A stretch of 64,000 nt of DNA from Azolla caroliniana (taxonomy: Eukaryota > Plantae > Polypodiophyta): the NCBI GenBank assembly GCA_043228905.1, contig JBHGNT010000011.1, positions 14,322,001-14,386,000 of the forward strand, given 5' to 3'. Numbering within the stretch: position 1 is the stretch's first letter; each line of letters opens with the position of its first letter. The notes beneath the pieces were generated by a model that was not told where the DNA came from, made no database searches, and saw nothing but the letters and a program-made list of their open reading frames with translations. Shown piece after piece: positions 22,255-35,800 of this stretch. Made by a program: the position numbers and the translations under genes.

Positions 22255-22615
22255 ATCCAAGGATATGGATCCATCCAACCTTTGAATGGGCCATCCACAC
22301 CACGAAAAAATACATCCAAAACATCAATAGACCCATCCAAGGAAAGAATAGACCCATATTGATCATGAATAAATCCATCCAAATCTTGAACAGACCCATC
22401 TAGATCATGAATAGATGCATCCAAAATCATGCATACACACCCCCGTTCACACCATGAATAAATCTAACCAAATCATGAACAGACCATGTCAGGTCATGAA
22501 TGAATTCATCCAAAGCTTGAAATAGAACTATCTAAATCTCTTCTAAATTGTTCCACCCAAATCATGAATAGACATGCCCAACTTATGAATCATGGATATC
22601 CAACCAAATCATGAT
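22255..22615. repeat. Degenerate ~21-bp minisatellite in the predicted 3'UTR intron of the MASS-like gene
   Basis: Recurring unit like atccaaatcatgaatagacc. Confidence 0.75.
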
Positions 22616-22716
22616 ACAACCCTGAACCCTAAACCCTGAAGAATTGAAAATAAAAACACAGGAAAACAAAACAAAGGCCAAAGATGAAGGAAAATTGATA
22701 CCCAGTACCTAATGAT

Positions 22717-22845
22717 TCATCTTCTCATTCTGGTTAGAGCTCTCTTGATCCACTTAACAACATTGAAGCTGCTTTTATGTTGTGAACCGGGAACAGAGGT
22801 AGACGTAGCATTCATAGTTGATGTTGTGTTTACTGGTATTGCTGT

Positions 22846-22877
<32 letters not shown>

Positions 22878-23106
22878 TAGACATGGCAATGGTACTTGAA
22901 GATGAAGGCGACGCTTTTGTACTCCCTGTGCTCAGGTTTCTCATCATCATCAATTTCTGATCTTGTGAAGACGAAGGTTTCTGATCTTGTGAAGAATACG
23001 GTTTCTCATCTACCATGTGTCGTTGATAGATCGCGTTCTGATCAGACCAGATGAGGCCCGAGGAGCCTTGCCGTCTGTAAGACATGCCTTTTGTCAAGGT
23101 CGCCAT
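22717..23106 (-). CDS. MAPK substrate At1g80180/MASS-like protein, 129 aa
   Basis: N-terminal SYRRQGSSGLIW family motif, Ser/Pro-rich middle, basic C-terminus. Predicted 3'UTR intron 22708..21890 (GT-AG). Confidence 0.8.
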
Positions 23107-23339
23107 GGATTCTCGCGCGCCTTCCTTGCCTCCCTTTCGTTTTCTCTTCCTCTGTTTCTGCTGCTCCTCCTCTGATTTTTGCTCTGTTTTTGCTGCTCCT
23201 CTGTTTTTTCTGCTGCTTCTTCGGTCTCTTTTTCTCTCTCGCTCTCTACTTTTTAGCTCAAAACATACATATATAAATCTTGTGGCTTTTGCGTTTTGCG
23301 TTTTGCGTTTTCATCGGAATGCGTATGTATTTGGAAGAG

Positions 23340-23870
23340 TCTATGTATGTATGTATGTATGTATGTATGTATTGTTTTGTATTGAATGTAATGTATGTAT
23401 TGTTTTGTATTGAATGTAATGTATGTATTGTTTTGTATTGAATGTAATGTATGTATGTATGTATTGCATGTATGTATGTGTTGTATGTATTGCATCCAAG
23501 GAAGGCAGCATGGGTGCAAATTACCCAATCCCCGACACGGGGAGGTATGCATGTACATATGTATGTAAGGTTCTCCACAAGCCAAGGCTCATGGGGTTTG
23601 TGAGATGCGATTCGATACTTTCTCTGGCATTTTTTCACTGTATTGGGCCAATATTGGGGATTAATCATTGTCATGTAATATTCCGATTTTGACATTTTAG
23701 TAATCTTGCCAATTCATCCTTAATGCGTACAGTAATCTATCCTCGATGGTCACATACTCCATAGCATCACATGCAAACCCCAATAGATGTTTTACTCCTC
23801 GTATCTTAAACCATTTCACGATGTCAAGTACCCATCCAAATTAGAGGATTTTGCTAATCTCCAGGTTTAA
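23340..23870 (-). mobile_element. Decayed RTE/RTEX-like LINE 3' fragment ending in an expanded (ATAC)n tail
   Basis: Minus strand gives WVLDIVKWF...SEYYMTMINP...RIASH, like the C-terminal region of the other LINEs here. Followed by an ATAC/ATTAC satellite at 23490-23340. Confidence 0.55.
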
Positions 23871-26800
23871 AGGTGCATGTTTGAAATTAGACCCAAACAT
23901 GAGAATATAATAAGTATTATGATTGCGATGACGATGCACAAACTCATGGTTTTAGGTGATGAAAAATCAATCAATTGCTCCGTCAAGCAAGGATCTTGTT
24001 TCTCCCATACAAAAAAAATCACAATAAAGTTTATAAACGACATGACAATGATATGAAAACAAACAAATGTAGGCCAACCATGTTTCATACTAACTTTTTT
24101 GTCATACCGAGCATCTTAATGTTTTCTAGTTCAATTAAGTATTAATTATTTAGGAGGGTGTGGAAAATTTAGAGTGATGCACATCAAATTGTTGATTTTC
24201 AATTCTCACTTTAGCTCACTCCTCACTCCATGGAGTTACATTTCTCAAGGGAAAACATAAACCATTTTGAAACAAATCTTAAAGATGCATGTTTTGAAAT
24301 TAGAGGAAGAATAAAAAGTTACCATTTTGTTGAAACTCGAGATTCCCATCTTGACTACTACATGGTTTTTAGAATATAGTCATTCAACAAGTGGCCAAGT
24401 GCAATAACTGGATCCCAATTTTCCTTGTTACAATATGGTTAGTTCTCAAATAATAGTTATTTGTGAACCATATATATGAAGTCAAACCAATACTTACGAT
24501 AAACCGTCACGTGAAGACTAGTTCACCACTTGTCATTTCAATATCATCGAGAAAATGTATTCCAAGGTGATTAGAAACATCATGTGTATGTATTTTGATA
24601 TTCTTCATCAATATCGCCACATTTGCACCCTTTTGTGGTTATGTCAATGATGTGTTCACATATGACGTTTGAGTCCAAACTCTAAAAAATTGGGCAAACA
24701 TTACCAAACACCTTTTTAGGAAATTTATGGGCTACTTTTAAATTCCTTGCATCACCATTGTAACTAGTAACTAGTTGTAATAAGACATGACAAGAAAGAG
24801 ATGTAACATTGTGGGTTTGTGAAAACTAACATGATAGCTTGTGCCAATAAACACTTCATATGAAGAAAATAAGTCCATAGCTATCAAAATACACAATGGT
24901 TAATTAACATTGCAAAACATGTGGAACCACATTGAATGAATGGCTAAAACATCTCAAAACGACCACATCAATCAACAATAATAGTCACGACTAGTTAAAG
25001 CCACCACAGTTAAAGACATTCACGACCAATTCTCAATGACAATGAATATGAAGAACAATCAAGGTTGTGTTTCATAATGGCGAGGGTAGCTAGTTTAACA
25101 CTTGTTATCGAAATGTAGATGTCTATTGATGATGATTGGGGTTGACCGTGGTTGTTAAAAGAGAAGAGGGATGAAGAAAAGTTGAACGAATGTTTTAGCG
25201 AGAACTTAAAACAAAAAAGAAACTTCTTTGTTTTTATTTTGGTAAGTTTCTCCCCTTCTCAAAAAGCAACCAACTTTGAAATGATTGCGATGGCTTTGTC
25301 TTTTTGGACACGCCAACATGAATTTGACCATTCTCCCAACCATCCATTACATAGTCATGTCAATCCCTTCCCGTGTCCTACCATTTTCCTAGGATTCACA
25401 CATGGGGGGCTATATATTGATCCCTGACGTTCAAACTTATGCATGTGTAGTTGTCATGTTGGGAACACTTGAGTTTATGCAATTTAGCATACGCAAGTAT
25501 AAATTAAAAACACATAATTTTGCAAGTTGCTCCTTACCTACAACTTGTGGATCTTATCCCATGCTCACGAATCTTACATGGCTATGAAATATTTCAAACA
25601 AACAAGGGAAACTCGACCTTATCCATGCTCACTAGTCCTATGTGGTTGTCAAATATTTCCAACATATGAGGAAAATATGATCAATTCTACCCCTATACGA
25701 ACAATTTTCCTATCTAATTCTTGTTGTACAATTTCTCAATCTTATCCAATCCTCAATTTTTACGAAGTATGATATATACAATTGAACACTCAATAATTTT
25801 ACCTCAAGGATAATTTTCTTTTGCTCTAATATTAAATAGAGCTACTATGCAACCAAATATACCACACAATTCATGCTTACATTCCTTGCCTAAATTATCC
25901 AATCCAATAAGGGGACTAAAGTTGTGTACAAAAGGACATCTTTAACAAATGGAGTATATTCTTTTTTAGAAAAAAACCGCTTACATTCAATGAAGATCAT
26001 ACATGACATGTCTCTTTCTGTTAACAACAATAAATAAATAATTTTTTTCGCTAGTTTTTGTTGCTATTGAAAATGCCGCAACTTGCAACATGAAGAAGTT
26101 TGAATACTTTATGAAATGGGACACATTATCATTATCACATTTTAATACTAAACAATCGTACGCTTGTCACCACATTCTAACCTTCCCCATTTGCTTATGA
26201 CTTATGAATATATACTATTTGCTATCATTGATACAAGTTAGTTAATTAAGTTGTTATTTATTTAAATATTATATGTGTTGACCTTGTTAGTATAGAGTTA
26301 TGTATCAATGAAACAAGAATCACTCTTATATTTTAAGAATCATGTTTTCGTTTCTTATGCCTCATGGCCTTTCGCCTCACCTTAGTTGGCATCTGGTTTA
26401 GCCACACATATTCCCACTAGTTTATAGATTGTAATATATGTGCTATCTTTTAGCGATTGACCTTAATATGTTATCGTTTTAATATTCTATTCGGAGTACC
26501 TTCACAACTTGTTGTATTTTTGTGGTATTTCTTCTCGACGGCCCACTTGATTCGCCTTCACCGAAAACTTGGATTACTCCCCAACTTTTGGTTTCCGTTT
26601 AAACTTAATGGCTATCTTCTAATCACTTGTTGTATCACTTCTCGTTACCACTGTTGTACCCATTCGTTACGTACTTTTGTAAACCCTACTCTATAAAGGG
26701 TTCTTTCTTGATCTATTGTTTTTTGGCCTAAAATAGGCCCCTTTGATAACATTATTATGTAATTATCCTCCATAATCTCATGTCTCTTGCATTACCATTG

Positions 26801-28050
26801 TATTTTGATTCTAACCTCGCAAGTTAATCATCGTTTGACTCGTTGCTCCCTTCAACTCAGAGGAACCCTCGAGTTTGAGGAGCCTTTGAGTATGGCGAGC
26901 CTTTGAATCTAAAAACCTTTTGATTCCTAGGAGCTTTCTACTCATGGGAGCCTTCGAGTCTCCAAATGTTTGTGCACTCTTAGTCTTGCATCTTCCCTAG
27001 TCCAATACTCCCATGGTCCCACTCCAGTAGCACACATACACGTGTATGCATGACAACACATTGCTCCTAAAATGTTCTATTGGGAAGCGAAGGCATATTG
27101 CCTATATGATTCATGTTAAGGAAAAAAATTATTGGTAAGTCGCATAAGCTATTTATCCATTGGTTTCATCGAATAAAATTCTATCTTGGATCTTAGGAAA
27201 TTTACTCTTGATTATTTACAACAAAGCAATATTGTCCACCCTCTCCACATGTATTGTCATGATTATTGTATAACACATTTCGCCTTGTCTTGGAGATACA
27301 ATCATCATTAACTAATGCATGTAACGAGAGAATGCCACTTCACAAAGCCTTTTTTTGTTCTTCTTAATGTCAACTAATTGTATTTGGGTAAATTTGCTAG
27401 TCTGAGCTCTTTATTAGAGATTTTATATTCCCAGAAGTTAAAAAACAAGTAGAAGAATGTTTTTTTTTTAGGGTTGTCTTATGAAGGTCTAGCCTCCCCA
27501 AAGGGCTAAAAACAAAGACACACGAGTGCTTTCTTTATTTACTTAGAGGCTAGACTCACAATTTATGCAAAAAGAAACTCATCCAAATAACTGAGCAATT
27601 TCACCTTCTTGCCAAAAAACCTCACGAGAAAATTACATCCTTACCAATTGTTTGCACAAAGGTTGATCCATATGATTGTCAAAGGAATAATTTATTGTTC
27701 GTATATGACCTCTTCTCTACCAACCTCAAAACCTTAACAAGACATTCTTCTATTTCACAAATTCAATGACATGTCAATTATTTCTACTATTCTCATGACC
27801 CATTAGCCACCCACCCAAATCAAATCCCTACAATTGCTTATCACCTTATCGCTCTTCTAAGGTCTTACCATCCATGGAGTGAGATATTGACTCTCCTCTT
27901 TCTCGTTAATCACTTATGAGAAGATGACCATTGTTGTTATTCCTTATATCAAATAACAACTCATATGTCAAGGACGAGTTGGATTTTAATGCACATGGAT
28001 GCATCCCCACACATGTGTTTAAAATTCACACGTTAGACATAGTTGAGTTT

Positions 28051-28438
28051 TGTTGAGAATCAAGCTCAACCTAGTCCAGTGTGAGAACACATCCTTTGAG
28101 AATCTATGAGTACCCAAAGGTCAAAAGTCACACTACTACTCTCTTTATTCTATAACACATAACTAACGAGCTCCATATTTTCCATGACTGATGAGTCTTC
28201 ACATTCCCCAAGGTTCTAGAGAGAAAGTGAGCATTGTCGTGAGTTAATGAAGAGGAGGATGACCTTATATAAAGCACCCTCCTCCTACTTCATATAGTGT
28301 CGGTTGTCCTCCCTTGTAATGCTACATTTTTGTAATTGATATTCTCCTTGTTAATATACATCTTCTTAAGTACTTCAAACACACACATACATAACACGCA
28401 TCTCTTCCACTGCACATAATCATATCCGGTTCTTTACA
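28051..28438 (+). mobile_element. Solo LTR of the copia #3 family
   Basis: TGTTGAGAATCAAGCTC...TTCTTTACA. Perfect 5-bp TSD agttt (28046-28050 and 28439-28443). Homologous to 12533-12985. Confidence 0.92.
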
Positions 28439-28840
28439 AGTTTGATTCTCAACATATTGACCTATAGAATGAAAGAAAATCGAAGGAACGTATTAAATAA
28501 AGAGACAATGAAAAGACTCCTTGCATACCTATTCTCTCTAATACAATCCAACCAAAGCGTAACCCATTCTACCACTCGAATAATTCCATGCTATCAAATC
28601 ATCATTATCACGCATTGAGTTGGCTTCGTTCTTTATTTCTAGCGGTAACAAACGGCAGGTGGATGAGGCAATATCATCCCGAAAAAAATGCATTCAGACG
28701 AAATCAAAGAAACTTCCGCTTGTGGGTTCAACAATATCCTCCATGTTCCAATCGTCCGAGATAGGCAATCGTGAAGGCCCATAACCAATTTTTCTGAGGT
28801 GATTAGTTTTGGGGGGAGAAATCTTGAAAGGAGGAGAGGA

Positions 28841-28917
28841 GGGTACGTTCGTAAATATCGAAAACCGCACGAAGGAAGAGGAGGGAAGGGTATGTTCGTA
28901 AATATCGAAAACCGCAC
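28841..28917 (+). repeat. Duplicated 30-bp element near the predicted PIAL promoter
   Basis: gggtaYgttcgtaaatatcgaaaaccgcac at 28841-28870 and 28888-28917. Confidence 0.9.
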
Positions 28918-29769
28918 CCATCCATGGTTCCAGCTTCTTCTTCTTCTTCTTCTTCTTCTTCTTTGTTTTCTCCAGCTCTCAAGCCGTGAAGAGTAGCAGA
29001 GAATCGCCAATCAGGTCTGGTATTCTTCTCCTTTTGATATAGTTCTCTGTATTCTCGATTTTTTCCCTCCTCCGGTAATTAGTGCATCTCACTACTGATT
29101 GGAATACAACAAAACTACTGGACTTGTTGGATCTATCTGTGCGCGTGCGCGAGAGGGATCGGTTGGTATGGTTGTTGTACGGATACCAGAAGGTCATGCG
29201 ATCAAACCCTTACAACCTGCAGTGGTCGCTAGTGAAGTAGTGCACATGTAATGAGATTTTGAAAATCGGGTGCATGCAGAGGTGGAAAATTGTCTTAACA
29301 ATAGAGTGCAAGAGAGAGAAAAGAAAGATATAATAATGTCTGTCATGAGGTGAAAATGTCCGATAAGACCGAATGAGAGGTTACACCTCTTATCTTCGAG
29401 TACATCAAACCAAAATAAATATAATTCAATCAGTACAACAAGCTAAGGGGCTAGATATTCTTGTTAGCTACACTCTTAACATTCTGATCTTTGATTGACT
29501 GAAACTTCTGCCTTTGAAAGATCTTCACCATAGGTAGGCCAATCCAAGGCAGAGAGATTTCTGAAGTTAGGAAGCAATTTCAATGTTGGGTTATAATGGT
29601 TTTGCTTTCTTGGTAACGAGGATGATGGAGCTGTAGTCTATATGGACATCGTTTACATGCCAAAATTTATTATAACCCCTCTTGAATCTGGTGGTCGAGA
29701 CCCTACTTGTGTAATCTTTGATTGATCGGGAGCATGCAAATTAATGGAGCTAAAGAAAGTTGTGGCGAT

Positions 29770-32450
29770 TCATTGTTGTTGAGGTTTTTTAAGTGCGTTC
29801 TTATTGTTCAACATTTCTATGTATGCCTCTTGATTTCTATCAAGAATTGCCCCAAGCATCGCCAATCTCCATATTCCATTACCTTGCAGAGGGACCCACA
29901 CCCGTCTTTGAAGAGGCAATGGTATCTCCCTCATCATAAAAAATAATGCAATGGTAAACATAGAAAGAGATTGATATTGATTTAATTTTTTATTTTTCTA
30001 AGAGGTCATGTATGGCCCATATGGTCAAAGTGGAACATTTTCACGTTGTATTTGGGGTTGATTAGTGACTCTTCATGTTCAAGAATTTCATGTAATGAAT
30101 GCTCCAATTGAGAGAGGACATTGTGATAGAAAGGGATGTGTGTAGTGACAAGTCCAGGGTTGAAATTGTGGGCAAAACAAACACATTTTAGTAGAGTGAG
30201 GCACTTGAACGCAGAAACTTGTTTGGGTGAAATAAACATGTCAATGAGTCTGCTTGCATGTGCCACAACAGCTTGTTTCACATCGAAAAAAAGGGTTTAT
30301 TGGATGGCAAACAAGGGCATGGGCTGGAGCATAAATGGACGAGTGTTGTTTATCCTTACAGAGAGGTAGATGGTTTACTGCAAAATACGTAATATAATTT
30401 TTGTAGTGTTGGCCTCAACTTCTTTCCCAAGCCTTAGGTACATGGGTATGAACTTGCTTTCTCCACAACTCTCCCAAGCCTCGAAACCAACCTTTGAGAC
30501 AAATCATGATTACATCTATGGGTGACTTCAAGTTATCCATATTGAAAAAAGTAAAATCTCTATGTTTCAGAAAGCTTGATGATAATAGTATTTATGCATG
30601 AAGTGGAGTTCAAATGGATAATTAGGTTTTTTTAAGCATGAAATGTGTAACTACTATCATGGAATGAATGGTGGCGAAGGAACACGGTGTCCTATGTTGA
30701 CAGTGGGTTAGAGAGAGGTGATTGCACATTGGTGTCCTTAGAGGCAGCTTTAACATGGCAACGGATCATCTCCATGATTTGGTGTTGGTATGGCACACGT
30801 TCCTTGTATTCTGGTACACACAGTCTCCATTGTCGAAAATCCTCTGCTTGGTCAATGGTGACTTAAAGAGACATTGGTGTGATGTGTTTAGCACACAGTG
30901 TACATTGTGAACAACTCTTGCCTTATGTGCTTATTATAAGCGTGTATGAGGAGAACGGGAAAAATCATCATCATCATTTTCGCCTACTTTTACTTTTTTT
31001 TCAAATTCTGTTCATAAAGAACAGTGCTTCAAAGAGTGTGCTTCAAAGAGCTCAGGTCAAATCTTCCAATCTTGTAAAGAAATGCACTTCAAATCTTATA
31101 AGGGAGCTGAGGTCAACTAATCTTGGGATCAAGGAGTGGGAAACTGCTACTCTTCTCGGGGGAATTTCTATGATGAGGGAATGAAGCATACAAGCCTCAC
31201 GTCTTTGTTGTTCTTAATTAGGGGTTCTTATCTTCTAATCATACTGCTTTATAATTTCCTTCATTTATGTATCTGGTTTCTTCTAAGTTTCCTCTTGATT
31301 TTAAGCTAAGAGGTCTTAGCAACCTTAATTTATAATCATTCGGCTTCTTTTATTCAACGTTTAGGGTCTAGGATTGGCATACAAGCTTTAGCTTTTATAT
31401 TCAGGCCCTTGAATATCATACTTTGGGCTTACTTATCATATCTTCTTGAAACTTCCAACTATAAGAGGCTCAAACCACCTCAGTTGTAACTCTTCCAAAG
31501 GTCGATTTGCTAATTTGGGTTTTAAGCAATATTGTTTCTTTAAGAGACGAGTGTATGTCATCATCCTTCCATTCACGAATTTCTCCTGGTCCAGAACTCC
31601 CTGTGGTTTTGCCTCAACGTGCAAGTATCCACAAGTTTCAGTGACAATGTGGGTCAGGCTTCTCCATTATTTGTTGAAGGGTGTACCTGATGGAGTGTGT
31701 GGCATATTTCTCTCTCGTCCTGCTTTGATCTCTAGTTGGTGGGAGGAAACTTTGACTTGGCCTATTGTTTTTTGGTGAGCAATGCGAGGCATGTAAATGT
31801 TCATGTACCTTTGTCTCTGTGTAAATCCACTTTTAAGAAGCTTATGAAAACATATTTGTAGTAGGCCGTTTTTATTTGAATAGGCTCTCTTGATGTGAGT
31901 TGCTATAGATCTTGCCATTATGCCTTCTTCTTTCAATCATTTTGGAGAAGTGTAGGGTGGAAGTTCACAAAATCAAGGCTATTGTTCAACCACTTAGTCA
32001 CCTGTTAGTATCACTATCCTCCTGCTCCTATGTCATCCCCATTTCCTTCATGGCTTAAAATAGTCTGTAATTCTTTTGGTGAGTTTGCCTAACATCACTC
32101 CCATGCAGAGATAATTATGATTATGATCTATTTTCATCCATGGATACTCCACCAAAGCATTCAAGGGATGCCTCCAATATTGCTGTGTGCACGGTGAAAG
32201 ATATGTACTATGTAGACTTCCTGGTATAGTGTTGCTTACATTACACCAAATTCTTGACTACAGCCTCAAACCTCTTTCGTATACATTCTAATGAGATTGC
32301 AACCTTGCATGAGGTGATGATCACGTATAATCAAAATTGATGTCGAGAGTCTAATGAATGATCCACAATGAGGCCGACTCAAATTTGGGTAACTTTTCAC
32401 AGTACATAGGTGACAAGGATTGGGAAGTGCCAAAGGTATTTGATAGTCCT
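29770..32450 (-). mobile_element. Cluster of decayed retroelement remnants (RTEX-like LINE pieces; possible gypsy integrase piece) in the predicted 5'UTR intron of PIAL
   Basis: 29770-29960 is a frameshifted match to RYHCLFK.G.G.L.KVMEY. 31667-31936 gives IGQVKVSSHQLEIKAGR. 31436-31624 gives LQLRWFEPLIV, resembling gypsy KLQPRWFGP. Boundaries are approximate. Confidence 0.55.
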
Positions 32451-32746
32451 GACCATGATTTATCGAGATTGGATCTAATGTAAGATTTGCATGGTGTTTA
32501 TCATATTGTGAATTGTTCTAACACTTGATTTGTTCATGTCTCAAGGTGTATCCTTAACTAAAAGAGGCATATTTCTAGAGGCTAGGAAGTCATTCTCTCT
32601 GGCATCAATGTTGTAAATAAACAAGAGAGCATGTATGTGTTCCTTTTTAATGAAGAGAGGAGGGGGGGATCAATTATTCTTATCATATTTTCAAACTTTA
32701 AGATAATGGACTGTCTGAATACAGGTGACAGAAAGGAGCACTAGTA

Positions 32747-32786
<40 letters not shown>

Positions 32787-32803
32787 ATATGCCTCTTTGA
32801 ACA

Positions 32804-35800
32804 ATGACTTCATTTCCTGATGCTTGGACGCTTATGGAACGCCTTTACAAGTGTGTTAAAGGGAACTCTAAAGCAGATTATAGAGAGTTCACCACCACGT
32901 GCATTCAATTGGCCAGGTTTTTATTAAAATAAAGGCTTGCTTATAGTGTTGATTATATTATGTTAGGAATTTCAAAACATCGGAAATATGCAAGTTATAA
33001 GTTAATACATTAAATTACAACATGGAGAACTGCCTTGCAATGACTCTACTTTAAGGCAAATGCAGAATGTCGTAGAAATGTAATCAGGATTGAAATTTAA
33101 CTTTTCATTGAATGCAATGCACAAAATTCAAGTCATCACAAATGTCTGAGACAAATTTTCATGAATAACTTGGAGTAGAATAACCAATTTATGATTTCCT
33201 TTACATATGGAAATTTAGGTGTTAGGAGTAAAGCTTCTGGTAAATTTTATGGAAATTTAAAAATGCACTTATTTTATGCTTGTGTTTTGTTTTCCTAAAA
33301 ACCAGAGTAATTGATCAAGCTGTTGCAAAGCATCAAAAACTTTCGATTGTGCAGCAACTTACCCAGCTTCTGAAGAAGGTCTGCTGTTTGGATTAATGAA
33401 ACTTAGCTTTAGTAAATTAATGGGCATTGTTTTATATATTGCAATAATATTTTCTGCTGCTACTCTTGCAATTTCTGGCATGCGTAAACTGAAGATAATT
33501 TCTACATATGTACCATGATTGAGCCATCGCAAGTGTTCCTTTTATCTAAACAAGGGGCATTCTGCATACACACATTATTTGGTGCCATTATTTGAACTTC
33601 TAATATCTAGCTAGGTTTCTTTATAGTAAAAAACATGGCATTTGAAGCGTATATATCTGTTGACTTAATCCAATGGTGCATGAAGAAGATTATGGGTTTT
33701 CACAAAAGGTGGTTTTATGTATAGGATGATGAGGGTGAGTACCTAAGGTGAAGTACATCCATCCCTAGTTGAATTTGTTTTGATGCAGTTTGATGCATGA
33801 AGTTGATCAATGCATGTGTTTGATAACCGTATCTTGTGAAGTTCAAATCTTGATCATTTGCATGCATTCTTCTTTCACTTCAAGAAATTTCCCACACTTC
33901 TATGTAATGTGATCGGTGAATGAATGCTTATTCTGTAATTTTGTAGGTCTGTGAACAAAAAGACAATGAAATGTTTCAACCAGCTATCATGGTTCTTCTT
34001 CTCTCAGTAAAGGTGAACCAAATCCACCTGTACCATAGTATTTGAATGCATGTGTCTCATTGCATGCTGATTTATGTGTATGCAAGTGTCTCATTCTGGT
34101 TCAAATTACATTTTTGAAAAATTCTGTTTATTCAATGCATGTTAGTTCTATCCATATCTGTTTTTGTGTCATCATAAATCTGAAGAACCATATTTAGCAA
34201 TTGCATTCTCACTCAAACATAACAAGAGAGAAATCATTGTTTTGTTTCTTGTATTTACTTACATGTCAAAATAATTGGGTGAAATTTATTTAATAATGTT
34301 TAAAATTAATACATGGAAATAGATAATTCTGTATTTAAAACCACAGAAAATACTGGAAATGTCATTTTGAAAGAGCCAGACCATCAAAAGTCATATGTAT
34401 TGTATGCCTCAGCAAATACTTTGCTTATATGATTTTTTTTTCTTTATTTAAGCAAAACGTACTATTACAGAAACATTGTGATATTAGATGCTATGTAGAT
34501 ATCTGCTTGTTCTTAATAATTTTAATTTCATGATAATTGTGGCAACAGAACTAAATTCTGGTCTCACCTCCTTATTTGTGGTTAAGAGATGCCTATATAA
34601 TTATTATCCTGAGTTCAAACTGAGATTATAAGACTGTAATTATACCTGTTTGTCCTCTTGCATGTCAGGTATTGCAAAATATATTCTAGATTGCCTAAGT
34701 TCTCATTAAGGGTATTCTTTTGTAGAAAGAAAGAAAGAAAGATATATTAACGTCGTTTAAGAGGCCAAAATGGCCTATAAGACCAAATAAGAGATTACAT
34801 CTTAAGTGTTGTCTCGTCTTTGAGAACAACAAATCAGAAAAATAAGTAATACTCCGTAAATATAAAAGTATATAAGATAAAAAGAGATGAGGGAATCTGG
34901 TTTTCGGCACATGTCAAATTCTCAAGTTAGATATATTGTATTTTTTGTCTTCAAAAGATCTCTAGCATAGGTCGGTTCAGAATGGAAATGTCTCCGAAGC
35001 GAGGGAAGCACCTGCAATGGCGGGAGATAATGGCTTTTATCTGTCAATAACAAGGGTGTCGAGGTCGTGGTCCATGGGGTCGGGGCCTACGTGCATGACA
35101 GATTGCTATTGCCCGATCAATTGTAACCCCTTTGTTATGTCCTGGTCAGGAGCCCATTTGTGTATCCCGTGATTGACTTGTAGCATTAGTAGGAGTGTTG
35201 GGGCTAAAGAAAGTTGTGATTGTTCTTTGTGGATGAGCTTGTGTGGCTGTATTCTTCAACAACTTTTCCCGATGTCGCTTGAGCTCTAGCAAGAAAAGTC
35301 CTAGGCACCGTTGGCCCTCATATTCCATTACCTTGTGTAGCGGGCCAAAGCCTTGTTTAAAGAGGCAATGGTATCTCTCTTTGATTTCATAAAAGACACT
35401 ACACTGACAAACATAGTGTCCTTGGATTCCACTCCTTGATGACACAATTAGCAAATTCTTTCTTGTAGAGGTAGTTGTGTATATCTGCCTACCTCAATCT
35501 AGAACTGATGTGATGAAGTTCGCAGCTGCCCTATCACACTACGGAGCGCATAGGAGAGATGTATGTCCATATAAGGTGGCCTGATGATGAATCCATCCCC
35601 CGATGTGTGTAAGAAGTGTGTCTTATAGTGGACCATCTTCGTACCAATTGGTATTTTGGGGTTAATCCATGTTATCTTGTTTTCTAAGTTAATAATATCA
35701 GTTCGGATCACTCTATTCTTTTCCACTTTGGGCATATTTAGATGGGGACAGTCCAAGCTATATTGGAACGGGGGTAGTGTATTTATACCCATGCCATGTG

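Noticed and set aside
26260-27000. Possible old LTR remnant (TATA, gagcctttga repeats)
   Set aside because: No clear termini, TSD or partner copy.
27487-27555. 10-bp inverted repeat gtctagcctc/gaggctagac
   Set aside because: Too short and no TSD. Could be chance.
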